A stretch of 64,000 nt of DNA from an uncultured delta proteobacterium (lineage in GTDB: Bacteria; Desulfobacterota; Syntrophia; Syntrophales; UBA2185). Under the pieces are notes generated by a model. It ran no database searches. It was not told the origin of the DNA and saw nothing but the letters and a program-made list of their open reading frames with translations. Where the stretch lies: assembly GCA_963695875.1 (NCBI GenBank), contig CAVOID010000005.1, positions 1-64,000 on the forward strand, read 5' to 3'. The translations under genes and the position numbers were made by a program. Below are positions 21,191 through 32,692 of this stretch, piece by piece (position 1 is the stretch's first letter; every line of letters begins with the position of its first letter).

Positions 21191-22442
21191 ATATCGTCAA
21201 TTGTCATGCACATCTTTTTTATGATGAGGCTGGTGTTCACGCCGCCGAAGGCAAAATTCTGGATGGTGGCAATCCGGATCGGATGTTCCCTGAGTGTGCG
21301 CGACGTGATTGATCATGGCGCACCGTTCGTCTACCTCGTCCAGGTTGAGGGTCGGCGCGATAAATCCTTCCTCCATCAGATACATCGCAATGATGGTCTC
21401 AATGGCGCCGCAGGAACCCATGGTGTGCCCCATATAGCTTTTCAACCCGACAACGGCAGGGCAGATTCCCATAGACATCATAAATAGCCTGTGCTTCGAT
21501 CACATCGCCCATCTTGGTTCCCGTCGCGTGGGCGCTGATGAAATCCACCTCATCCGCATTGATCTTTGCATCCTTCAGACCGATCCGGATGGTCTCTCTG
21601 ATGCCGTTCAGGTTCGGCAGGATCAGGTCGCCGCCGTTGTTGTTGCAGGCAAATCCTATTACCTCGGCGAGAATGGGGGCGCCTCTCTTCCGGGCAAATT
21701 CATACTCCTCCAGCATGACGGCTCCCGCCCCCTCTCCCACGACCAGTCCGTCCCTCTTCGCATCGAAGGGACGCGGGGTCAGATGGGGCGTATCATTAAA
21801 GGCCGTGGAACAGGCGAGCAGATTGTCGAAGACGGCGACGGTGGTCGTATCGTATTCGTCAGCCCCGCCGCAAAGCATGGCGTCCTGCATCCCGTATTTG
21901 ATCGCTTCATAGCCGTAGCCGATGGACTGGCTGCTCGTCGTGCATGCCGTGGATGATGAAATGACACGGCCCGTAATGCCGAACATCTTGGTGATATTGA
22001 CGGCTGTCGTGTGCACCATGGATTTCAGGTAATCGACGGCGCCGATGGCAGAAAATTCGCTTCGGGATGCGCCGAAAAAAGTTCTGTAGATATCCCGCTG
22101 AACGGTGGGACTCCCATGGGTCGAACCGAAGGCGACGCCCAAACGGCCGGAGGTGACAAAGGCCTGATCCAGACCGGCGCTCTCAATCACTTCCTTCGCC
22201 ACCTGGCACGCATAATAGGCGACGGGCCCCATGGTTTTCCGGTGTTGACGCTTGAAATCGTAGACAATTGGATAATCGACAGTCCCAAAAACCTTGGAGT
22301 GGATGTAGGGAGTCAACAGGCCGTCCTCCCGCAGAGGCTTGACTCCGGAAATCCCATGAACCAGATTGTGAAGAATCTCCTCTTTGGTGCGGCCAATGGG
22401 GGTGATGGCTGAACATGCTGTAATGACGACCCTTCTTTCCAT
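21160..22442 (-). CDS. Beta-ketoacyl-ACP synthase (FabB/F-like) KS-A, frameshifted
   Basis: TACTTS, HATGT, KSYMGHTMG, NFAFGG. Confidence 0.92.
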
Positions 22443-22453
22443 AAGGCTCCCGT

Positions 22454-22744
22454 TTATGTGAAGACTCGGACTTCACCGCTTCGACAGTGCCGGCTCTTGT
22501 CTCTGGCCAGCGACTCTATATAATCACAGATCTGATTGATTGTCCTGATGTCCATGGCCTGTTTCTTTTCCTCCTGGGTCAGTTCGGAACCGAGCATTTT
22601 TTCAATCTTAAGAAGCAGCTCAATGGCATCTATGCTGTCAAACCCGTGCTTTTCTCTCAGGTTATCATCCAGTCCCGGATTTTCAATCTCAAATTCCTTT
22701 CGGAAAAAGTGGAGTATTTGCGTTATGATTTCATCACGTGTCAT
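22454..22744 (-). CDS. Acyl carrier protein (ACP-4)
   Basis: GFDSIDAIELL phosphopantetheine motif; small acidic protein. Confidence 0.88.
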   Translation of the reverse strand: MTRDEIITQILHFFRKEFEIENPGLDDNLREKHGFDSIDAIELLLKIEKMLGSELTQEEKKQAMDIRTINQICDYIESLARDKSRHCRSGEVRVFT

Positions 22745-22794
22745 ATGTGTATTCCGAACACTCCTGAAAGTCATTTTCTGCCTTTCCTGACTGG

Positions 22795-23274
22795 TCACTG
22801 CGGGAAAGTTTTCCACAGATGAACCGTCTTCGGATCAACGGCCACAGGCTTTCCCGATGAATTAAGGGCGCAATGCCTCGTAAATCCTTTGCAGATGATC
22901 CCCCCGGTTTCAGGATGGGTGATCACATAATCAAAACGGAGCTTCACCCGTTCCAGCTCCGCCGGCCGTGTATAAACTAACATGGGATCGTCATAATAGA
23001 GGGGTTCATGGAAACATATGCCCAGTTCGATGATCGGATATACATAGCCGCTCTCTTCTATTTCCCGGTAGGGATATGCCGCATGCCGCATCAGCGAGGT
23101 GCGGCCGAATTCAAAGTAACGGAGATAATTTGCGTGATAGACCACCGAGGAACGGTCCGTATCGGCGTACAGCGTCCGCATCTCGCATCGGTGCCAGACA
23201 AGGCCGGTTTCCTGATCACGGACATAGCAGTCATCATGTCCCGATGCTTCCGGTCTGAATGGTTTCGGTTTCAT
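22795..23274 (-). CDS. YbgC/4HBT-family hotdog thioesterase
   Basis: YADTD...VVYHANYLRYFE.GR. Confidence 0.9.
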   Translation of the reverse strand: MKPKPFRPEASGHDDCYVRDQETGLVWHRCEMRTLYADTDRSSVVYHANYLRYFEFGRTSLMRHAAYPYREIEESGYVYPIIELGICFHEPLYYDDPMLVYTRPAELERVKLRFDYVITHPETGGIICKGFTRHCALNSSGKPVAVDPKTVHLWKTFPQ

Positions 23275-23275
23275 G

Positions 23276-24544
23276 CTATACTCCCCTGAATATAACGCAA
23301 CAGTTTGTGCCGCCGAAACCGAAGGCATTTGACAGGGCAATTTCATGCTGCTGCCTCCGTGCCTTATTGGGAACGAAATCCAAGCCGTCAAACTGCGGAT
23401 CGGGGATATAATTTATTGTAGGCAGGAGCACTCCTCTCTGCATTCCCTCGATGGTCAGTGCATTTTCAATGGCGGCAGTGGCGCCAAGGGAATGGCCGAT
23501 CTGGGATTTGTTCGATGATATGGGAATATGTTTCAATCTGTCTCCGAAAACGGCGCGCAGACATTCTACTTCCATGCTGTCTCCCGTGGTCGTGGATGTC
23601 CCGTGGGCATTTATATACTCCACATCATTCGGCTTTAAGTCCCGCATCGTCAATGGTTTCCAGGATCGCCCGGATGGCAGTAGACTTGTTCGGTCTCGTA
23701 AAATGATAGGCATCAGACGTCCAACCTATACCCATGACCTCAGCCTTTGCCTTGAGTCCATAAGCTCAAGAGGGTCTCATCTGCAGCCAGAACAATCACC
23801 CCTCCCCCTTCAGAAACGACAAAACCTTTCCGGTCGATGCTGAAAGGCCGGGACGCCTGGGAAGGATCATCATAGGCGCGATCATTGGGATGTATCTTTA
23901 TCGTGGCATTCATATTGGCAAAGCCATGGATAATCTCCGGTATAATAGGCATCTCCACACCGCCGGCGAGAACAAAGTCGCAGTCCCCGTCCCGTATCAT
24001 TCGTGAACCGATGGCAATGGCATGATTCCCCGAGGCGCATGCCCCCTGGGGAGAGAATATCGGACCGGTAAAGCCCAGAAGCATCCCGGCCTTGCCCGAC
24101 GGCAGGTTGGCGCAGAGATTGGGAAGCAGGTAGGGACTCACTTTCAACGGCCCTTTGTCCCTCAAATTTTCCATGGCGATGCGGAAGGAGTCGGTTCCGT
24201 TTATGGCAGAGCCGATCAGACAGGCTGTTCTCGGCCCCGTTTCTTTGTTCATTTGCAGCCCGGAATTTTCCAGGGCTTCTTTACAGACTGCCATGGTAAG
24301 AATGACAAAGGCCGCATTCCAGTTGTAAACTTCCTTTTCACTCGAAAAATCGTAAGTCCTGGGATCCCAGTCCGGTATCTCTCCCACAACATTGCTGAGG
24401 GATTTCACGTGGCATCGGGTCACTCTTGCGGAAACCGGCCTCGCCCTTAACCGCCCGTTCCCAGGTCTTCTTAAAGGTCTTTCCCAGCGGCGTCGCCGCG
24501 CCATATCCGATGACAAAAACCCGTCTGTTCTTTGGTGCCTTCAT
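23276..24544 (-). CDS. Beta-ketoacyl-ACP synthase (FabF-like) KS-B, frameshifted
   Basis: RVFVIGYGAATPLG, GACASG, NAHGTST, KSQIGHSLGA, NAFGFGG. Confidence 0.92.
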
Positions 24545-24571
24545 ATGTTTACATTCTGATGTTCACAGTGT

Positions 24572-25825
24572 TCATCCGATCCTGCGAAGGACAATGCAGG
24601 AATTACAGCCGCCGAATCCAAATGCATTTTTTAACACATGCTCCTGAGCAACCCTTCTCGCTCCTTCCGGTACGCAATCGATAGCAATATCCGGATCAGG
24701 CATATAATTAATCGTGGGAAGGACCGTATCATGAATCATCCCTTCCATGGCAAGGATTATCTCAATGGCGGAGGACGCCCCCATGGCATGGCCTGTCTGG
24801 GACTTGTTGGCCGATACCGGCGGTATGTCGTTGCCGAAAATGTCCTTCAAGGCATCCCCTTCAACCTTGTCACCGATCTTCGTCGATGTCCCATGGGCAT
24901 TGACGGCATCAATATCTCCCGGCTTCAAGCCGGAATGAGCGATGCTCTCCGCGATGCACCTTCTCACCGTTTCCAGGTTCGGGGCAACAAAATGATGGGC
25001 ATCTGATGTCATGGCCCATCCCGCCATTTCAATTTTGGGGGTAAGCCCATGGGCCTTCGCGAAATCCTGACTCGCCAGTGATAATACAGCCGGCGCCTTC
25101 CGATACGACGAAGCCCCGTCTGTTGATGGAGAAGGGACGGCTTGCCTTTTCCGGAGGTTCTTCCGGTTGCCCCTCCTTCGGCCTGTACGCGCCGTTCATC
25201 GTGAAAAAACCGCCCAGAATGGTTTCAACAAGAGGGAAATCCACAGCGCCGCAGATGACCACATCCGCCATACCCTGTTCTATGAACATGGCCCCGATGA
25301 TCATGGAGGTAGAACCCGTGGCACAGGCGGTAATGGTCGAGGTTATGGGACCTGTCGCCCCGGTCATGATGGATATCTTTCCTCCGACCATATTGATGCA
25401 GGAGTTCGCATTGGTAAACGGATGGGGAAGTTTCCCTCCTGAAACCCACATCCTGTCGGCACGGATCACGGCATCGAGACCGCCGATGGCGGAACTGAAG
25501 GTAATGGCCACTCTGGGCGCGATGTCATCCGTTATTTCGATCCCGCTTTTTTTCAGCGCCCGGTGGACAACGAGCATGGCATGTCTGAAAACCGGCGATG
25601 TCCACAGCGCCATGTCGCGGGATTTCAGAAAAGGATAGGCGTTCGGTGTCGATATCCTCAACCTGACCGGCTATTCTTACGGGAAACCCTTCGCGAAGGG
25701 GAAAGCGGGTCAGGACACCAATGCCGCTTGCGCCGCGTGACTGCACGATCCCACTGGGTTTCCATATCGATACCCAGGGGTGATACCGCATCATAACCCA
25801 ATATTACCGGTCGATTTCTTTCCAT
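24572..25825 (-). CDS. Beta-ketoacyl-ACP synthase (FabF-like) KS-C, frameshifted
   Basis: PVILGYDAVSPLG, TACATG, NAHGTST, KSQTGHAMGA, NAFGFGG. Confidence 0.92.
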
Positions 25826-25869
25826 CCTGGTCTGTCTTGGTTTCGGGCGCAAGGGGATGTCCAGTGACG

Positions 25870-26871
25870 CTACCATGGTATGAACCGGTAGAGTTTGGCG
25901 AACATTTCATACACTTCAATCCAGTTCTGGAGATCCTTCGTTGAATTGCAGATGTTCTCTCTTGTTGACCATGACCCAGCTCATATGCGCAGCGCCGTCC
26001 TTGCAGGTCGAACAATCCCTTGTTGCAGAGGTGCAGCATCGGTGCATGGTTTGAAGATCCGAAGCCCATCGGATAAACCGGATGAGCCTTTTCGGCTGAG
26101 GATTCCTGTTATCCAGCGGTTCCGTAACGGACGGGCATTCTGCCCATCCGAATGTACGATTCATCATCTTCCCCGTGGTGATGATCTCATGATAATACTT
26201 GCAGGAAATAACGGTCTTCGGGTATCTGTCAAGCATATCGTCCATTTCGGCCCGAACGTCTTTCAGCTTTCTCTTCCGTCCAGAAAAAGCCATCCACATT
26301 TTCATCATTCGTCAGCAACTGCAAATGAACCTTCAGTCCGACATCGGCGATCTTTCTGATTACGTGTTCTATCCGTCCGACCTGTTTCGGCGTAATCGTA
26401 TAGAGATAATAGGTATACGGATCCCCTTCATAATTTTTGCTGGATACGGCGAACGTATCTTTCCCCCTGAGTATTTTTTCGTCTTCCTCATCACCCCATA
26501 GCGAGATGCCCACCATCATATCGGGAAAACGGTCTCTGGGAATCTTGATCAGTCCGTTGGTTGCGCAATACGTCGGCAGTTGTGTATAAAAGGCCTCGAC
26601 CCGGTCAAGGTACAGCGTCGGTTCCCCGCCGATCAATATGGCGAGATTGACGCCCCGTTCCTTTTCCTTTTGAACAAACCGGTACCATTTTCCAACATCC
26701 ATTTCCTCGGCGGCAGCCTGATGTTCGTTGGAAGAAAAGAAAAAACAGCCCTTGCAGCGCAAATTGCATTGATTGGTTACATCATAGATGGAACTGCGGA
26801 TATTCAGAGCTGGATATCTTTTTGTAACGCTCATGCCATGCTTTATCCAGTAAGGAACTGACGGTTTTCAT
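25870..26871 (-). CDS. Radical SAM protein with Cys-rich C-terminus (rSAM-2), frameshifted
   Basis: YDVTNQCNLRCKGCFF, GGEP, ATNG; C-terminal ECPS...RCCTSATRDCSTC. Confidence 0.85.
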
Positions 26872-26942
26872 AGATACCTATTTCATCGTATCATGTCAAT
26901 CAGACTGATGAAAATCGGAATAGGTGATCATCCACTTTCTGA

Positions 26943-28034
26943 TCATCTACCTCTTTCAGGTGGCGCAATCATCCCGCGGCAGAGGTTATCACCTTTTTCA
27001 TAACCCATAACCCAGACGGCAAGGTATGTATCCACATAGTCAAGCCATGATTTGAACGTATCCGGGTCAGTCACATGACGGTACAGGCGTGCCGTAACAA
27101 CGGCGCTGCCGGCGGCATAATGCCTGCATTCTTCACAATCCGTGTCGGGAACACAGCAGGCCACATCCCGGTCCCAGGACAGATCCGCCCGATATTGCCT
27201 GAAAGACCGTCCTAGACCGATGTCTGTCGAAGGATTCCTTCTCGGATAGGAACATCCATAAAGCGCATGCAGGCCGTATTGATGGGTATGTGCAACGACA
27301 TTGTAGGGGGAAAAAAGTACATGTTCCGGGATATCGGGACAGAAGATCCAGCATGACTTCCGTGTCCGATCAAGGGAATCCTTGTTATGCCGGAGCGAAC
27401 CGGCATAGCCGACGGGAGATGAAAAAACATTGAAGGTGATCTTGCAATCATGTGCGGCAATGGTGTCCATCACTTCATAGACTTCATCTATATTGTCCCG
27501 CGTAAAGGTATAGACGAACACGGCCCTGGGGTCACCCCGGTAATTGTCGATCTGTTTCGACAGCAGATTTTTTGCCCTTCTCACGCGCAGGCTCGTTTCA
27601 TCATTTCCCCAGACGGAGATATGAATCTTGTAGCCGACCGATTCGGGAATGCGTTTAAAGCCATTCGTGGCAATACACCCCAGGGGCATTTCCTCGTAGC
27701 AGACCTCAAGAAGCTGCGGAACCATGGACGGCTCGGCACCGGCCAGAACGACATAGGTGATGCCCCTTGCCTTTTCCTCTTTCATCAGCTTCCGCCATGC
27801 CTCCGGATCCTCGTTTCCCTGTGCAAACTGTTTTTCCCCTTCATAATAATAGCAACCGTCGCATCGGATGTTGCAGCGGTTTGTCATATCATAGGTCGAT
27901 TCCCGAAGGAAAAAAAACTTTCTCACCTTTTCCCAGCGCTGGCGAACCTCAGGCTCGGCCAGCAGCTCGGAAAATTTCCATTTTTTTGTCCCTTTATCGC
28001 ATTGAGGAATTGTTATGATGTCCGTGGTATTCAT
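26943..28034 (-). CDS. Radical SAM protein with Cys-rich C-terminus (rSAM-1), paralog of its neighbour
   Basis: YDMTNRCNIRCDGCYY, GAEP, ATNG; C-terminal GCSY...ACCVPDTDCEEC. Confidence 0.88.
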   Translation of the reverse strand: MNTTDIITIPQCDKGTKKWKFSELLAEPEVRQRWEKVRKFFFLRESTYDMTNRCNIRCDGCYYYEGEKQFAQGNEDPEAWRKLMKEEKARGITYVVLAGAEPSMVPQLLEVCYEEMPLGCIATNGFKRIPESVGYKIHISVWGNDETSLRVRRAKNLLSKQIDNYRGDPRAVFVYTFTRDNIDEVYEVMDTIAAHDCKITFNVFSSPVGYAGSLRHNKDSLDRTRKSCWIFCPDIPEHVLFSPYNVVAHTHQYGLHALYGCSYPRRNPSTDIGLGRSFRQYRADLSWDRDVACCVPDTDCEECRHYAAGSAVVTARLYRHVTDPDTFKSWLDYVDTYLAVWVMGYEKGDNLCRGMIAPPERGR

Positions 28035-28063
28035 GAATCTTTCAAGAAGGGTTCTCATTTGGT

Positions 28064-28325
28064 TCATGCTGCCTGTTTCTGCTCTATATATTCGGCAATC
28101 ATGCGAATGTTTCTGAGTTTGGGATAATCATCCTCATCGATGGTGATACCATATTCGTCCTGAAGCACAAGAACAACCGTGGCCAGATCCATACTGTCAA
28201 CGCCAAGTTCATCCACCAGATCAAGATCGGGATCGAATGTTTCCGGCGTAATATCTTCCAGTTTCAGTTCGAAGATGATAATTTCGGCAATGCGAAGTAT
28301 CAGTGCCTTGTTTATTCGTACTCAT
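28064..28325 (-). CDS. Acyl carrier protein (ACP-3), absent from the ORF track because of a 5' frameshift
   Basis: Manual translation LILRIAEIIIFELKLEDITPETFDPDLDLVDELGVDSMDLATVVLVLQDEYGITID. Confidence 0.88.
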
Positions 28326-28365
28326 GAGCATTCACAATCCTCCCCGCGTAAATAAATCGTCAAAG

Positions 28366-28810
28366 TCATACTTTTTCTTGAACATTATTTTTACAGAAAA
28401 CTGCGGTGATCGTCAATTCAACCATGCTTTCACTTTCCTTCGGCAGCAACTCAGCCACAATTATACCCGTGCATGCCGTTTTTCCTTTCACCGCAACATC
28501 AAAATGATAGGAAAGTCCACCATCCTGATGTGAGGAAGACAGGGATATTTTCAACAACTCGTCCGGTCTGACCGGTAGCCTGAATCTGACCCTCCTGATC
28601 CCCGCTATCCTTATCTTTTTCCCCTTTTCGGATTCATGATGCCTGATGGCATCCGTCACCATGGACAGGATGGCAATGCCGGGCAGAATCGGGTCATCGG
28701 GAAAATGACCGGAAAACCAGGGTGATCCGCATCTCTGCGCGAGCTTCTGCAAGAATCTCACTGCCTGACGGCTCCTCCTTATACGATATGCTGTGCCATG
28801 TCTCATCCAT
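28366..28810 (-). CDS. FabA/FabZ-like single-hotdog dehydratase, frameshifted
   Basis: SPWFSGHFPDDPILPGIA, VRFRLPVRP. Confidence 0.85.
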
Positions 28811-28995
28811 GATTATTAGCCGTATATTTAAGCTTTTTTATCTATCATTGATCTATCAGCATGTCAAAAATATTTTTAATGTCTCGTAGGATTATAAACA
28901 TAGTATATTGTTAAATAATATTACAACTTTCTACAAAAATACCCTCTTCCCCATGTCTCTCAGCCTCGATTGGGGCGGGATGGGTAGGAGTGATT

Positions 28996-29864
28996 TTAAT
29001 GCTTTGAAGCGTCTCTTGGTACATGAATGTTATTCACAAAATCAACACCATTGATCCGGACCATAATCGGTCTTCCCAAAAGTTCGGCAAGAGGAACTAT
29101 CTGCAATCCTTTGTTTTTCAAACCGGACAGTATCAGATCAATCTCTCGCAAAAAGCATTCCGTGTCATCGCCACTTTCGGTTGGATATCGTGAAGAAGAA
29201 TGATATCATCCGGTTTTACCTTGTTCAGTATTTTTCCGGACAATCCTTGAATATACCTGTTTCCGAAGTCAATGGCCCGACAGGTAAAAGTCACGCAGTA
29301 GAGCCCCTGTTGAAGCAGAACATTGGCCAGTCTCGGGTTGGTGATACCGACAGGCGGCCGGAAAGCGCCAGGGGAAATGCCGAAGCGTCTCAACAAGTCT
29401 GTGCGTTGATTCAATTTCCCGATACAGCGTTTCCGGACAGCGCAGCATTAAAAAGGGATCATGGCTGGTATGAATGATTGCCGATGTCATGACCATGCGC
29501 AAGTATCTCCGAAATGAGGTCGCCGTATTTGGCAGCCTTTTCCCCGGTGACGAAGAAAGCGGCCTTTGCGGCGTGCCGGTCCAGCAATTGCAAAAGCGGC
29601 CGGGTCGTTTCGGGATCGGGTCCGTCATCAAATGTCAGGGACACGCAGGTTTTGCCCGTATGCCCTCGGCTGATGACAGGCAAAAAGAAACCCCTGGAAG
29701 GGAAAAACGGGGCCGCCACACAGAGAATAATAAAAACAGCAAGGGGAATAGACGACCAGAGCGAACAGAAAGAGAAGGATAGCATTACCGCAAGGCAATG
29801 AGCGACAGAAGCCGGTTATCACCGCCGGAGATACATATCCCGCCCTTTCCACGTCATGCTTCAT
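28996..29864 (-). CDS. Membrane-anchored polysaccharide deacetylase family protein, frameshifted
   Basis: LTFDDGP, GNHS, FRPPVG, ILLHD spread over several ORF pieces. Confidence 0.88.
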
Positions 29865-31211
29865 TGGATCAATCGCTCCCACAGGGGACCACATGAGCCC
29901 CGTGCATGCAGCCTTGCAATTGTTTTGAACATCTGCTGAGATCCGGAACCGAAAACCCAGTTGGTCCGGCTGCCGGCATGATTTTTCACAAGTTCCATAA
30001 CTGTCTCCCGGTGCAAGGCCGGCGACCAGTAAAACCTCGGTTCCAGTGAGATTCCAGTTCGGTTCGATCTGTCCTTCCTCAAGGGCCAGATCATACAGGG
30101 CAGTGTGAGGATAAATTCTGATTCCGTTGAAAACGAAGAAAACGGCTTTTCCCAGCCTGTCGGCATTGGCCAGGGTCTCCTTCAGCGTATCTTCATTTTC
30201 TCCCGGCCCGCCCAGCATGAGATAATGAGCGACATGCAGACCGGCAGCGAGAGCTTCCCTGTGTGAGGAAAAGACATCATCAATGTGAAAAGGTTTTCCG
30301 TATGAGTCAAGGACCGATTTGAGAGAGATTCCGTGCCGAATTCCACATGCATCAATCCCGCGTCGGCAAGAATGCTGATAATAGTCCGGCGGGGGAGCCG
30401 TAGGGGTGAAAAAGCCGCCCCAGGGAATGGAAATGCCCGCTTTTTTAAACGCCGCCGCAACTTCCAGGCTGTGTTCATAGCTGCCGTTGAATGTCGAATC
30501 CGTCATATAGAGGTACCTGGCGCCGGCATCCTGAAGCATTCTGGCCGTGTCGGCGACTTCCTCCGGCTCTGTAAAGCGGAACCGCCTTCCCTCTATATGG
30601 GGATAGGTACAATAGATACACTTGAAAGGACAGCCCCTTTTCGTCTGCATATTGAGCATGCCGCCTCTTTTCAGGTAAAAAGAGGTATAGGAATGATCCG
30701 GGAAAGGCCGCGCTGGAATGACTGTGACCAGGGCTCCGGAAACCAATAGGACTGTTTTTTGTTACAATGCCGGGAATGACCGGAAACGCTTTCATTCCGT
30801 TCCAGTGCCTCCAGAAGGAGCTGGAGCCGTTCTCCCTCGCCGATGATGCCAAAATCGGCATCAAGCAGGGTCATCAATTCACCGGGCAGGATGGTAAACC
30901 CGCTGCCTCCCAGGACGATCAGTCCCTTCGAATGCTGCCGGATAATACCGATTAATTCCCGAATTTCGCCTATAAAGGTCTTCACATTGGCATCATCGAC
31001 ATTATCGATGTTTCTGATGGATAACCCGATGATATCAGGGACAAATTGAGAAAGAACGCCGGCCAGGACACTACCGTCTCTTAGTTCATTCATGTCGACC
31101 GTTTTCACCTGATGCGGCGGTGATATGGCATTGCATCACATAATCAAGGCCGATCGGGTACGACGGATAAGGTTCGGTAACGGTGTTTGTCGATACGAGC
31201 AATACCTTCAC
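29861..31211 (-). CDS. B12-binding radical SAM protein, lipid-biosynthesis type, frameshifted
   Basis: VLLVSTN..EPYP, GLSIRNIDN, GGSGF, QTKRGCPFKCIYCTYP, GGPGE. Confidence 0.87.
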
Positions 31212-32692
31212 AGAAAATCCCCCATCACTTCCCGGGTGAATCTTTCATGACCGATGATGTGTCTGACCGTCTGGAAAGATCCCAGCATTGTCCCCATAAT
31301 CCCCGGCGCCAGGCTGTTCTGACCGGCAAGAAACAAGCCCTCGATGGACGTGCGTTTCAAAGATGCCGTCTTCATCAATTGTCTTGTCGACCGAAGAATC
31401 CCATAGGCTGAACCGTCCGGAGAGTTCACCCGGTCTCTGATGGTCAACGGGGTATAGATATCAAGTATCTTCATCTCCCCTGAGATGTCCGAATAACTTT
31501 GATGCCTCATCGATGAACTGACGGGCTTTATCTTCCTTTGCCTCCACATAATCCCTGCCGCGCCGCCCTGACGTTGTTCCTTCCCATTTCCGCCATTCCT
31601 CAATGCTGCTCGTCGTCATCATGGATAGGATGTTTATTCCCGGCTGCCCGCTGCTTCGCAATTGATGGAATATTCCGCGGGACAGGGTTACGTCTTCTTC
31701 CGGGTAGAGCCGGTAGATGTTGTAGGATAGCGACTCATGCGCATCAGCATCGACGGCAAGGTTGACGCAAAAGAGTCCTTTCGTATTTTCGAGTTGTGTG
31801 ACTCTCTCTGCATAGGCGGGCCGGAGAGCATCACCGGGCAGCATGGCAACGAGAGTCCCGGGATGAACGGCGGCGATGACAGCTGCCGCCTCAAGGATGC
31901 GGCCGGATTGCAAAACGACGCCTTTCACCTTTCCCGATTCGACCAGGATTCTTTCGACACCGTCACCGGTAACGACATCACCGCCCAGTGATTTAAGACG
32001 GGATACAAACGCATCCGCCATCTGTGAGCTGCTGCAGGCCAGTCGCCAGGAGGACAGAAGATAGGAGGCAAGGGTCATATGATAATAAAAAGCGGGACAT
32101 TCCCGTAAAGGAACTCCGATCAGGGTGGAAGGAACACCCAGGACAGAGAACAAACGGGTGGAACAACCCATGCGCAGGAGGAGTTCCCCCATGGATTCAA
32201 AGTTCTCCGGCGAAAGAAAAGTCATCTCCGGGGACATCAGCATGTCGAGCGAAAACAGGGAGCGGGATATTTGCCTCAGATCGCCCATGATCGTTGTAAT
32301 CTGGCTGTGCTCCTGGGGAAAGGCCCATCTCAAGTTGTCTTCGAAGGCATCGATGCCTTCAGGAAGGTCGAAGGTAAAATCATCAAAAATATAGCGGTCT
32401 ATGACACCATCTAACGCCCATGCGCTCGACAGGGATCAACGGGGTGACGCCGAGATAATCCCACAATCTGCGGAGAGGCTGCCCCTTGTCGAGGGAGCCC
32501 ATGTAATGCACGCCCACAGGACATTCAATGCCGGACCGGATATAGCTCCGCATCAATCCCCCCGGCAGCGGATTTTTTTCCACGACCGTGACCCGGTGGT
32601 TAAGTTTCGACAGAATTATACCGGCCGTCAGACCACCGACACCGGAACCGATGATCAGGACTTTTCCATGTACGCGTCTTTCCCTGCATCAT
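31208..32692 (-). CDS. Phytoene desaturase-like FAD oxidoreductase, frameshifted; start approximate
   Basis: LIIGSGVGGL, GVHYMG, TPLT..D....PDGSAYG, LFLAGQN...PGIMG. Confidence 0.85.
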
